Source of the DNA: Candidatus Saccharimonadota bacterium
GTDB lineage: Archaea > Micrarchaeota > Micrarchaeia > Micrarchaeales > Micrarchaeaceae
DNA length: 32,000 nt
Reading direction: 5' to 3'
NCBI RefSeq assembly: GCF_002214165.1
Contig: NZ_CP019964.1
Coordinates: 60,001-92,000, forward strand
The position numbers and the translations under genes are program-made. The notes beneath the pieces are model-generated. The model did no database searches. It saw only the letters and a program-made list of their open reading frames with translations, and had not been told where the DNA came from. Shown piece by piece: positions 1 through 7,500 of this stretch (its first letter is position 1; every line of letters starts with the position of its first letter).

Positions 1-1
1 A

Positions 2-115
2 GGAAAGATGTGCCCTAAATGCAACTCAAAAATGGCTTCCCATAAAGACAGATACGCTTGTGGTAAATGTGGATACACAGAATTCAAGCACAAAGAAGGC
101 GAAAAGAAGGAGTAA
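2..115 (+). CDS. rps27ae: 30S ribosomal protein S27ae (eS31), C-terminal zinc-ribbon part; the 5' end lies outside the window
   Basis: The frame is open from the window edge to TAA 113-115. It translates ..[37 protein letters not shown]. CPxC..[18 protein letters not shown] is the S27ae zinc-ribbon signature. It is too short for the supplied ORF track. Confidence 0.7.
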   Translation, partial: GKMCPKCNSKMASHKDRYACGKCGYTEFKHKEGEKKE

Positions 116-125
116 TCGCTCCGAT

Positions 126-839
126 TTGCCTCTGGAAAGCAGCAAACCTAATCACAATGAAGCTTGCCCTAATGAAGCAATCGAGAAACAGGGCAAGGAT
201 TCTTATAAGGCAAGATACATATTCTACTTTTTTTCCATTTTGCTTATATCAATAGCAATTGCATCAGTTGTACTGTATTACGATTCAATATTAAGCAATA
301 ACTCAGCTGATATAATCTCTACTATATCCATATCTCTTCTGTTCCCATCTATAGTAATATCATATATGATGGCCAAGGGAAATAATATAAGCGGTATAAT
401 AAAATCCTTAGGCTTATCAAGGGATAAGTTAAACTTCAAATACATCATTATAGGCATTGTATTATTTGCTGCAATTATGGGATTGGATCTTGCGTTCAGT
501 TCAATAGCTGCATATTTGCATATATCTTTTCCCACAAATGTAAAGCAGGTTTTTTCCGGAATGCCCTTATACTTTTTGATTTTTTCATTCACTGTAGCAC
601 CAATAGATGAAGAAATTCTTTTCCGCGGTTTTTTGGTGCCAAGGATAGGTGTAATACAGAGTGCATTTCTATTCGCGATACTGCATTTTGGCTATGGTTC
701 AATATCTGAGATACTGTTTGCTTTTATCTTTGGTTTAATGGCAGGTTATGCCTTTAAAAGGACCAAGTCGTTATACATATCAATAATAGGGCATATATTG
801 GTTAATATGCTTACAATAATATTGCTTTTTGTAATTTAA
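126..839 (+). CDS. CPBP family intramembrane metalloprotease (CAAX protease/Abi-like)
   Basis: ORF track 60..839. It is multi-TM with the CPBP motifs EEILFRG, FAILHF and GHILVN. The start is uncertain: GTG at 60 overlaps rps27ae, TTG at 126 is the first in-frame start after its stop, and there is no early ATG. Confidence 0.7.
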   Translation: MPLESSKPNHNEACPNEAIEKQGKDSYKARYIFYFFSILLISIAIASVVLYYDSILSNNSADIISTISISLLFPSIVISYMMAKGNNISGIIKSLGLSRDKLNFKYIIIGIVLFAAIMGLDLAFSSIAAYLHISFPTNVKQVFSGMPLYFLIFSFTVAPIDEEILFRGFLVPRIGVIQSAFLFAILHFGYGSISEILFAFIFGLMAGYAFKRTKSLYISIIGHILVNMLTIILLFVI

Positions 840-948
840 TCCCTAATTTGACAATATAAAAGCAATAATTTAAGTGTGCTTCAGGCAAATCAATTAAAAT
901 ACTAAAAGCAAGATGATTAAAATAGATATTAACAAAGTGAGCGTGAAA

Positions 949-971
949 TCCCACCTGCTTTAGCGGTGGGA
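949..971 (+). repeat. Left-end subterminal hairpin of the IS (TCCCACC-TGCTTTAGC-GGTGGGA)
   Basis: A perfect 7-bp inverted repeat with a 9-nt loop lies 64 nt upstream of the tnpB ATG. Its stem sequence resembles the RE hairpin stem. Confidence 0.55.
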
Positions 972-1034
972 TGAAAGCGAACCGCAAGACAAAAAGATAT
1001 AAAAGTTTCAAGAAATAAATACATAAGAAAGTGA

Positions 1035-2276
1035 ATGGCAATGGAACTGACAAGAGCCTATAAATTCAGGATCTATCCAGATACTAAAAGGCAGTCTGAG
1101 ATAGATGAAAGGCTAATCCTTGCGCAGCAGTTCTACAACAAGATTCTGGAGAAGTCCATTGAATCCTATAAGAATGGAGAGGCAAAAGCCTCAATGGCAC
1201 AGTTCAACAGGTTCGTCAAAGAAATAATCCAAGATGACAAGAGATACCTGAAACTATACTCGCAGACGAGATGCGAGATTGAATATAGGCTTCTCAAGGC
1301 ATATCAAAACTTCTTCAGGAGAATAAAGGAAGGAAACAGGAAGGCAGGATTCCCGAGGTTCAAGTCAAGGGACCGGTACAAGTCAATAACATATCCTCAG
1401 TACAATGGGTCTTTCTCGATAAAGAGGGGCAGGCTGAGAGTCTCGAGGATAGGCACAATGAGAATAGAACTGCATAGGAAGATTGAAGGCACAATCAAGA
1501 CTCTTTCAATAAAAAGGGAAGGAAAGGATTATTACGCCATCTTCACCACAGCAAACGAAATAAAGATTCCGCAATTGGAGGACACAAACCCTGTCGGAAT
1601 AGATATGGGTTTGCATTCATTTATTGCGATGTCATCTGGAATGAAGATAGAGAAGCCAAGGTTTGTGAGGAAGAGGGCAAAGCATCTTGCAAGATGGCAA
1701 AGAAGAATTGCAAAGAGGGAAAAAGGCAGCAAAAGAAGGGAAAATGCAAAGAATCATCTACAAAAGGAATGGGAACACGTTACAGAGCAATCAGATGACT
1801 TCTCCCACAAACTTTCTAACAAATTGGTAAATTCAGGATATACTTCATTCGCAGTAGAGGATTTGCACATTCAAAACATGGCAAAAAACCATAATCTTGC
1901 GCAGGCAATCTATAATGCTTCATGGAACAAGTTCATCCAAATGCTCTCATACAAGGCTGAAAGTGCCGGCATGAAGGTAATAAGTGTAGATGAAAGAAAC
2001 ACGACACAGGAATGCAGCAACTGCCACTGCATAAGGGAAGGCGGCGAAAGGCTGACTCTAGAAGACAGAGTCTACAACTGCAATAGATGCGGTATGCAGT
2101 TAGACAGAGATGTAAATGCATCAATAAACATATTGCACAGAGCAACTACCCTCGGACAGAGGGGAAGTTACGCTCAGGGAGATATGGCCTCTGCGGTTCA
2201 ACAGGAACTGAAAAGTCGCATCGCTGAACTGAGAACCGATAAAACACATCCTTTGCGGGATGCGGTGTTTGCATGA
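1035..2276 (+). CDS. tnpB: TnpB (IS200/IS605 OrfB) RNA-guided endonuclease
   Basis: 413 aa. It has RuvC-I D in VGIDMGL, RuvC-II E in FAVEDLHIQNM, a zinc finger CSNCHC..CNRCG, and RuvC-III D in LDRDVNASINIL. The N-terminus KFRIYP is typical of OrfB. Confidence 0.9.
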   Translation: MAMELTRAYKFRIYPDTKRQSEIDERLILAQQFYNKILEKSIESYKNGEAKASMAQFNRFVKEIIQDDKRYLKLYSQTRCEIEYRLLKAYQNFFRRIKEGNRKAGFPRFKSRDRYKSITYPQYNGSFSIKRGRLRVSRIGTMRIELHRKIEGTIKTLSIKREGKDYYAIFTTANEIKIPQLEDTNPVGIDMGLHSFIAMSSGMKIEKPRFVRKRAKHLARWQRRIAKREKGSKRRENAKNHLQKEWEHVTEQSDDFSHKLSNKLVNSGYTSFAVEDLHIQNMAKNHNLAQAIYNASWNKFIQMLSYKAESAGMKVISVDERNTTQECSNCHCIREGGERLTLEDRVYNCNRCGMQLDRDVNASINILHRATTLGQRGSYAQGDMASAVQQELKSRIAELRTDKTHPLRDAVFA

Positions 2277-2340
2277 ATGCAGAGGAAGCCCACACCGCTT
2301 GCGGGTGGAAGGATGTCACATTAATATTGGTAGGATCTGA
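2146..2340 (+). ncRNA. Putative TnpB omega-RNA (reRNA): scaffold about 2146..2320 plus flanking guide about 2321..2340
   Basis: It overlaps the tnpB 3' end and extends past the stop to the IS boundary. High nucleotide identity with copy 2 begins at CTACCCTCGGACAGAGGGGAAG. The terminal hairpin carries a compensatory C-G to T-A change between copies. The 5' limit and guide length are estimates. Confidence 0.5.
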
Positions 2341-3001
2341 ATACCAGATTAACCTTGGTTATATAGCAAGAGCGGCCAAAAATTTTGGAATAAGCGAGAT
2401 TAGGTTAGTCAATCCAAAATGCAATCATTTAGGCAAGCAGGCCATAAGGTTTTCAAAACACGCAAGGGAGCTTCTTGAGTCGGCAAAGATATACCAAAGT
2501 CTGAATGATGCAATTGAAGGTTCAGACTTTGTGATAGGCACTACCGCAATCTGGCACAAAGCAGAGGAAGCAAAGAGCAATATATACTCCTTAGATTCAT
2601 TTAAGAAAAATTTCAAATCGCTAGGCAATGCCTCAATAATAATAGGCAGGGACGGCACAGGGTTGACAAAGGAAGAATTGGGGCTTTGCGATGCATCCAT
2701 CTATATTCCTGGGAATAAAGAGTACCAGACATTGAACATATCCCATGCAGTCTCAATAATACTATATGAGTTGACCAAAGGCAAGTTTGATGATAATTTA
2801 TTAAGTACAAAATATGCCAATACAAAAGATATAACCTCTGTAAGCTATCTTTTCAAGGAGTTTTTAAAGAATAACCACCATATCAGGAATAAACCGAAAG
2901 TAGCGTCTGTTTTCATGCATATAATAAAAAGGTCTTACCCTACAAAAGAAGAAGTAAACACATTAAAATCAGCATTTACAAAAAGGAAAAGTAAAAAATA
3001 A
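2273..3001 (+). CDS. SpoU/TrmH-family RNA 2'-O-methyltransferase (TrmJ-like); the first 16 codons are encoded by the IS right end
   Basis: Motifs are LILVGSEYQINLGYIARAAKNFGISEIRLVNP, IIIGRDGTGLTKEEL and LNISHAVSIILYEL (SPOUT knot motifs). ATG 2273 overlaps the tnpB stop (ATGA). Confidence 0.8.
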   Translation: MNAEEAHTACGWKDVTLILVGSEYQINLGYIARAAKNFGISEIRLVNPKCNHLGKQAIRFSKHARELLESAKIYQSLNDAIEGSDFVIGTTAIWHKAEEAKSNIYSLDSFKKNFKSLGNASIIIGRDGTGLTKEELGLCDASIYIPGNKEYQTLNISHAVSIILYELTKGKFDDNLLSTKYANTKDITSVSYLFKEFLKNNHHIRNKPKVASVFMHIIKRSYPTKEEVNTLKSAFTKRKSKK

Positions 3002-3002
3002 A

Positions 3003-3371
3003 TTATTGAGGTTTTTTCTTTTTGATTATCTTAACCTTTGCAGGAGTGATAATTATCTTTCCAGTATCAATCCTACCAACATCTCCATCTATCTTGTTTA
3101 CGTAATCCTTTATCTTGTCCACAAGATCCTTCAATGTTTTAGGTCTTGCCGACATAGAAGATATATCTAAAAGCAATATATTCTTTTTGTTAAGCTCATC
3201 CTCAATTGCAGCCAAATCATCTTCACTCTCTAGATTAAGGGGTTTAACATAGAAATCTGCAGGTTCGTTTAAAACATCTACATTTTCCATCTCTTGAGAA
3301 TTCATGTAATCCTCTATATTTATCTCTTTTGAAACTCCAAGGTCCTTCCCTAGCTTGCCGAATAGACTCAT
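3003..3371 (-). CDS. sepF: Cell division protein SepF (DUF552)
   Basis: 122 aa. The C-terminal part YVKPLNLESEDDLAAIEDELNKKNILLLDISSM...IDGDVGRIDTGKIIITPAKVKI matches the SepF core pattern. Confidence 0.75.
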   Translation of the reverse strand: MSLFGKLGKDLGVSKEINIEDYMNSQEMENVDVLNEPADFYVKPLNLESEDDLAAIEDELNKKNILLLDISSMSARPKTLKDLVDKIKDYVNKIDGDVGRIDTGKIIITPAKVKIIKKKKPQ

Positions 3372-3541
3372 ATAATCACCACTATATACCTATTTGATAT
3401 TGCATATTATTATTTTTAATACTTTCTATTTACGAGTGACTACCGATATCAATGCAAGCCTAAACCATATAGAGCGATAATTCAGGCAAGATAACCGGTT
3501 AACCAGTAAGTTTAAAAATATTAATTATTTATATTAAACCA

Positions 3542-3922
3542 ATGATTAAAATAAAGAGGGTATACGATAGAATAGATATCCATGATGGAACTAGGATACT
3601 CGTAGACCGATTATGGCCACGTGGAGTAAGGCGAAGCAGTGCAAATATAGATTTATGGCTTAAAAATGTTGGCCCCAGTGATGATTTAAGGAAGTGGTTC
3701 AGCCATGAACCAGACAAGTGGCCCGAATTCAAAAAACGATATATAAGTGAATTAAAAACAAATCCCGTTTTTGATAAATTATTGGATATAGCGATGACAA
3801 CAGACCCAATAACCCTTTTATATGCAACAAAAGATCCTGATAAAAACAATGCAGCAGTATTAATGGAGCAACTGAATATCAGGATCAAAAAGATTCAATC
3901 ATTGACATATCCTGAAAAATAA
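3542..3922 (+). CDS. DUF488 family protein
   Basis: MIKIKRVYD..DGTRILVDRLWPRGV...WLKNVGPSDDLRKWFSHEPDKWPEFKKRY is the DUF488 signature. Confidence 0.75.
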   Translation: MIKIKRVYDRIDIHDGTRILVDRLWPRGVRRSSANIDLWLKNVGPSDDLRKWFSHEPDKWPEFKKRYISELKTNPVFDKLLDIAMTTDPITLLYATKDPDKNNAAVLMEQLNIRIKKIQSLTYPEK

Positions 3923-3942
3923 TCTAATCCTTAATTTGTAAT

Positions 3943-4395
3943 TTAATTTATTCCCTCTATAAGCCTAACATGCTCCTTCATCATACACCTATTCATGACA
4001 AATAGAATCCCATTATCCTCAGCGTATTTCTCAGCACTTTCGTTGAATATGCCTTCCTGCAGCCAAAGTGCTTTTGCGCCTATGGAATGTGCCTCTTTTG
4101 CAATTTCCAATGCCTCAGATCCAGGCCTAAAGACGTCAACGACATCTACCTTAAATGGTATATCAAGCAAAGAGGGATAGGATTTTTCACCGAGTATCTC
4201 ATCAGCATTAGGATTTACAGGCACTATCTTGTAACCCGCCTCCTGCATGTATTTAGGAATATCATGTGAAGGTTTCCCTTCTTCCCGTGAACAGCCAACA
4301 ACAGCTATAACCTTGAAATTACCTAATATAAATCTCTCTCTTTCATCATCACTGCCAAATTCCATCAAATCAATATCTAGTGTATAAAAATGCAT
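3943..4395 (-). CDS. CoA-binding domain protein (YccU/YneT-like)
   Basis: VIAVVGCSREEGKPSHDIPKYMQEAGYKIVPVNP, followed by VDVFRP and AKALWLQEG, is typical of the CoA-binding Rossmann family. Confidence 0.7.
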   Translation of the reverse strand: MHFYTLDIDLMEFGSDDERERFILGNFKVIAVVGCSREEGKPSHDIPKYMQEAGYKIVPVNPNADEILGEKSYPSLLDIPFKVDVVDVFRPGSEALEIAKEAHSIGAKALWLQEGIFNESAEKYAEDNGILFVMNRCMMKEHVRLIEGIN

Positions 4396-4417
4396 TTAAT
4401 AGTATCTTATAAATAAT

Positions 4418-4804
4418 ATGCTGATGGAAGTAATAATAGATACAAGTTCATTGGTATTCAGCGCCAGAAATAAATGTGATATAATAAGCCGTATAAATAG
4501 CGAAATCCCTAATGCTGAAATATGTGTTTCAAAAGGGGTAATACGTGAATTAGAAGGAATATCAAAAGGAAATGGGGGGAATTCAATAGCGGCAAGAACT
4601 GCCATAGAAATACTTAAAAATAAAAAGGTTAAAGTATATAACAATAATGAATACGTTGATCAATGGATATACAACCATGCCTTAGAAAATAAGACCCAGG
4701 GCATTGGACAGGTAATAGTTACCAACGACACAGAAATCTATAATAGGATAAAATCAGAAAAAATAACAGTCAAAAAGTCTACAATTAAATGCTTTTTAAA
4801 ATAA
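4418..4804 (+). CDS. PIN-domain ribonuclease (Fcf1/Utp24-like)
   Basis: It has the N-terminal acidic motif VIIDTSS and the C-terminal VIVTNDTEIYNRIK. It sits immediately upstream of rpo7-spt4, a recurrent archaeal arrangement. Confidence 0.6.
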   Translation: MLMEVIIDTSSLVFSARNKCDIISRINSEIPNAEICVSKGVIRELEGISKGNGGNSIAARTAIEILKNKKVKVYNNNEYVDQWIYNHALENKTQGIGQVIVTNDTEIYNRIKSEKITVKKSTIKCFLK

Positions 4805-4816
4805 TTTGGTGAAAAA

Positions 4817-5416
4817 ATGTATAAAGTTTTCTCAGTAACTGATAATTTTAAGCTACCTCCATCTGAATTCGGAAATGATATAAATAAGGTGGCAACACAC
4901 ATATTGCAGGAAAAATATGAAGGCCTGCTAGATCCTGATGTTGGGATAGTACTGGCCATCTATGGAATCAAGGACATCAGCGATGGAATAATATATCCTG
5001 GAGATGCTTCAACACACCATAAAGTGAACTTCAGCATATTGACATACAAACCAGAGGTAGATGAAGTAGACATAGGAATAGTTACAGAGCTAGTCGATTT
5101 TGGAGCATTTGTAAGGATGGGGCCTATAGATGGATTAGTCCACGTATCCCAGATAACTGACGATTTTATCTCATTGGACAAGAAGGTAAATTCATTTGTA
5201 TCAAAGAATAGCGGCAAGTCGCTTAAGAAAGACGATATTGTATACACAAAGATATCAACTATAAGTATGAAGAAATCTATAAAGGATTCAAGGATAGCAT
5301 TAACCATGAAGCCGTATGGATTGGGCAAGGTTGAATGGATTTTGGCTGGATCAAAGAAAAAGGAATCTCCAAAGGGGGGAAAGCCAGCAGTTGCAGCAAA
5401 ATCTTCTAAAAAGTAA
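4817..5416 (+). CDS. rpo7: DNA-directed RNA polymerase subunit Rpo7 (E')
   Basis: The N-terminal Rpo7 domain is followed by an S1 domain (GIVTELVDFGAFVRMGPIDGLVHVSQI). Confidence 0.85.
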   Translation: MYKVFSVTDNFKLPPSEFGNDINKVATHILQEKYEGLLDPDVGIVLAIYGIKDISDGIIYPGDASTHHKVNFSILTYKPEVDEVDIGIVTELVDFGAFVRMGPIDGLVHVSQITDDFISLDKKVNSFVSKNSGKSLKKDDIVYTKISTISMKKSIKDSRIALTMKPYGLGKVEWILAGSKKKESPKGGKPAVAAKSSKK

Positions 5417-5433
5417 TAAAAGAGGTATTGAAA

Positions 5434-5628
5434 ATGGATGAATTAGCGTGTAGAAATTGCAAGTTTATAATAAGCAGCCATAGCTCAAAGTGCCCAATAT
5501 GTGGCTCTGATGATTTGACTTCAAAATGGAGCGGTTATATAATAATGCTAAATGTAGATAAATCAGAATTGGCCAAAACATCCAATATAAAAACAAATGG
5601 GGTATATGCAATTAGCATAAGGGACTGA
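5434..5628 (+). CDS. spt4: Transcription elongation factor Spt4 (RpoE'')
   Basis: ACRNCKF..CPICGS zinc ribbon followed by SKWSGYIIMLN. It lies directly downstream of rpo7. ATG 5434 is preceded by AGAGG. The track ORF starts at TTG 5428. Confidence 0.8.
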   Translation: MDELACRNCKFIISSHSSKCPICGSDDLTSKWSGYIIMLNVDKSELAKTSNIKTNGVYAISIRD

Positions 5629-5698
5629 TTTTTAAAGCATTTAAAGAATTGGATTTCTTCCCTTATAAACTGGATTTATATATAAAAATAAGAATTAA

Positions 5699-5717
5699 AT
5701 CCCTGCCTTTCAGGGAT
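5699..5717. terminator. Hairpin between convergent spt4 and FKBP genes (ATCCCTG-CCTTT-CAGGGAT)
   Basis: 7-bp perfect stem with a 5-nt loop, in the 105-nt convergent intergenic region. A terminator role is inferred only from position. Confidence 0.35.
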
Positions 5718-5733
5718 CAATCAACTTCTGAAA

Positions 5734-6468
5734 TTAGCTTGCTTCTTCTTCATTGTGCTCTGTGTCGCTGTTTTCCTCACTTGCATTGCTTTCTGCAGAA
5801 TTTTCGTATTCCTCGACCACATTCATCTTAGTGATCCCATCCACATAAGCAAATATTGCCGACAAAGCGTTTGCCTTTCCTATAAAATAATCCGCATTCT
5901 TCTTGAACTTTGGATCATAATAAAGCACAAATTTATCACCTTCCTTCTCTACACGCGATGGCTGTACACTATAGGTCTTTGCAAGCCCCTCTATCTTTTC
6001 TTTTTCATCCTTAAGCTGTCTTACAACTTCAACCTCATATTTGATGCTCTTTCCTGCATCCGGGTGGTTCCTGTCAACTACTACTCTGCCTGAGCCAACA
6101 CTTACCACTGTTGCTACTGAATTATCGAGATTTATCTGCATTCCCGGCTGTGGGTCTATCTTATTCTCCCTGAACTGGGAGATTGGCATTACACCTATAA
6201 GGTCCTTCCTGCGCTCTCCAAAAGCATCTTTTGGCTCTAACGTGAAGGTCTTAGATTCGCCTTCATTCATATTCATCAATTCCTTTTCCAATCCTGGTAC
6301 GACTGCATGCGACCCCAATATTATCAAGGTAGGCCCGTAATTAACATGTTCATCGTAAATATCTGCCTCTTTAGCTTTGTCCTTGTAAGTTGTCGATAGG
6401 ACGTTTCCCTTTTCTGCATCATACGCTGTATAATTTATCTCTACAAAATCTTTTTCCTTGAAACTCAT
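5734..6468 (-). CDS. Long-type FKBP peptidyl-prolyl cis-trans isomerase (SlyD-like, with IF insert and acidic tail)
   Basis: VEINYTAY..G.V.STT, GPTLIILGSHAVVPGLEKELMNM..GESKTFTLEPKDAFGERR and NHPDAGKSIKYEVEVV match the family. The likely start is ATG 6468; the track ORF starts at TTG 6486. Confidence 0.8.
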   Translation of the reverse strand: MSFKEKDFVEINYTAYDAEKGNVLSTTYKDKAKEADIYDEHVNYGPTLIILGSHAVVPGLEKELMNMNEGESKTFTLEPKDAFGERRKDLIGVMPISQFRENKIDPQPGMQINLDNSVATVVSVGSGRVVVDRNHPDAGKSIKYEVEVVRQLKDEKEKIEGLAKTYSVQPSRVEKEGDKFVLYYDPKFKKNADYFIGKANALSAIFAYVDGITKMNVVEEYENSAESNASEENSDTEHNEEEAS

Positions 6469-6666
6469 ATTAATCACTTGCTGCAAAACAAAGACTTTTA
6501 TTAATTAAAGTCATAAATATTCTTATGACATCCTATTTAAATCTTATTATCGCATTTATAAAAATGTATTGAATTATCCTAAGAGTTATACAGGATTGAA
6601 CAAATTTATAAATATTTAAACTTATGATAAGAGAATGTCGTAAACCCTTATTAGGTGCATTGCCAT

Positions 6667-7500
6667 ATGAATGAAAAAAGCAAGAAAGTCATAATGTTGG
6701 TTGTATCAATAGTCATAGCTATGACATTCATAAGCTCTTATCTGAATTCCGACTTCAATTCAACAACCCCTACAGCCCCATCAAAATCTGCAGTGAAATT
6801 ACAACCTGTGCCATTTTTTGGATCTGCAAATGCTATAATAAGGAATTATACCTCTTCGCTATACGTCTATGAGAATACCACAGATGTAACTAATGCATCG
6901 AAATTAACCTCTTTAAATAGCAGCTTGTCATCAGCCCTAAATGTAATACCAAGCTATGGAGAGACCAGCCTGCCAAATGGATATTATCTAAGATTAACGG
7001 GAAGTGCAGTATCTGCATCCCAGACTTTGAAAAAAGAGTTTGGCAATGAAATCATACTAAAATCAGATGCGTTGGTAAATATAATAGGAAATTATACATC
7101 CTCATTATATGTGTATGAGAATGTCACAGGTGCATCCAACCTAACCAGCTTAAACAGCAATCTAGCGTCTGCCTTTATTGCATTGGGAATAAATGACGAG
7201 TATCCAATTAAAAATGGGTATGATATCATAAAAGTCGGCAGCGTAAATAATATAACCGAATCATTAAGAAAAGAATTTGGCAATAAAATCATACTAAAGC
7301 CAACCATAACGGTTGATGCGGTCCCAATGACGTACTCGTCAAAATATGGAGATATAGGGATATACTTCAACGCCACTACTTTATACACACTAGATAACGT
7401 TTCAATATCAGCAGTCAATAGCACTATACCAGTAAGTATAATAGCTACTGTTACAGATAATGACAAACCTTACCAAGTGGTGCTTAAACCTATAGAATGA
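6667..7500 (+). CDS. Membrane-anchored, sequon-rich extracellular protein with an internal tandem duplication
   Basis: It has an N-terminal TM (VIMLVVSIVIAMTFISS). Two units of about 80 aa share NYTSSLYVYEN.T...LTSLNS and L(K/R)KEFGN(E/K)IILK. Its stop overlaps the gltX ATG (ATGA at 7497-7500). Confidence 0.6.
   Translation: MNEKSKKVIMLVVSIVIAMTFISSYLNSDFNSTTPTAPSKSAVKLQPVPFFGSANAIIRNYTSSLYVYENTTDVTNASKLTSLNSSLSSALNVIPSYGETSLPNGYYLRLTGSAVSASQTLKKEFGNEIILKSDALVNIIGNYTSSLYVYENVTGASNLTSLNSNLASAFIALGINDEYPIKNGYDIIKVGSVNNITESLRKEFGNKIILKPTITVDAVPMTYSSKYGDIGIYFNATTLYTLDNVSISAVNSTIPVSIIATVTDNDKPYQVVLKPIE

Larger units (their letters stand above)
931..2320 (+). mobile_element. IS200/IS605-family, tnpB-only (IS1341-like) insertion element. 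The right end is sharply defined; the left end is approximate (+/- 10 nt)
   Basis: It has a TnpB ORF, a subterminal LE hairpin (949..971) and an RE hairpin (2290..2308) with related stems (CCCACC/GGTGGG versus CCAC-CCGC/GCGG-GTGG). Similarity to the second copy stops exactly after GGATGTCACA (2320 here, 17062 there). No tnpA is present in the window. Confidence 0.7.

Noticed and set aside
60-125. GTG 60 as the start of the CPBP protease gene
   Set aside because: It would overlap the rps27ae coding end by 56 nt in another frame. The first in-frame start after that stop (TTG 126) is preferred, although it is unproven.
3529-3888. 119-aa minus-strand ORF
   Set aside because: It is antisense to the DUF488 gene, which has an unmistakable family signature. 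It is a shadow ORF.
7092-7466. 124-aa minus-strand ORF
   Set aside because: It is antisense to the repeat-containing secreted protein gene. It has no independent support.
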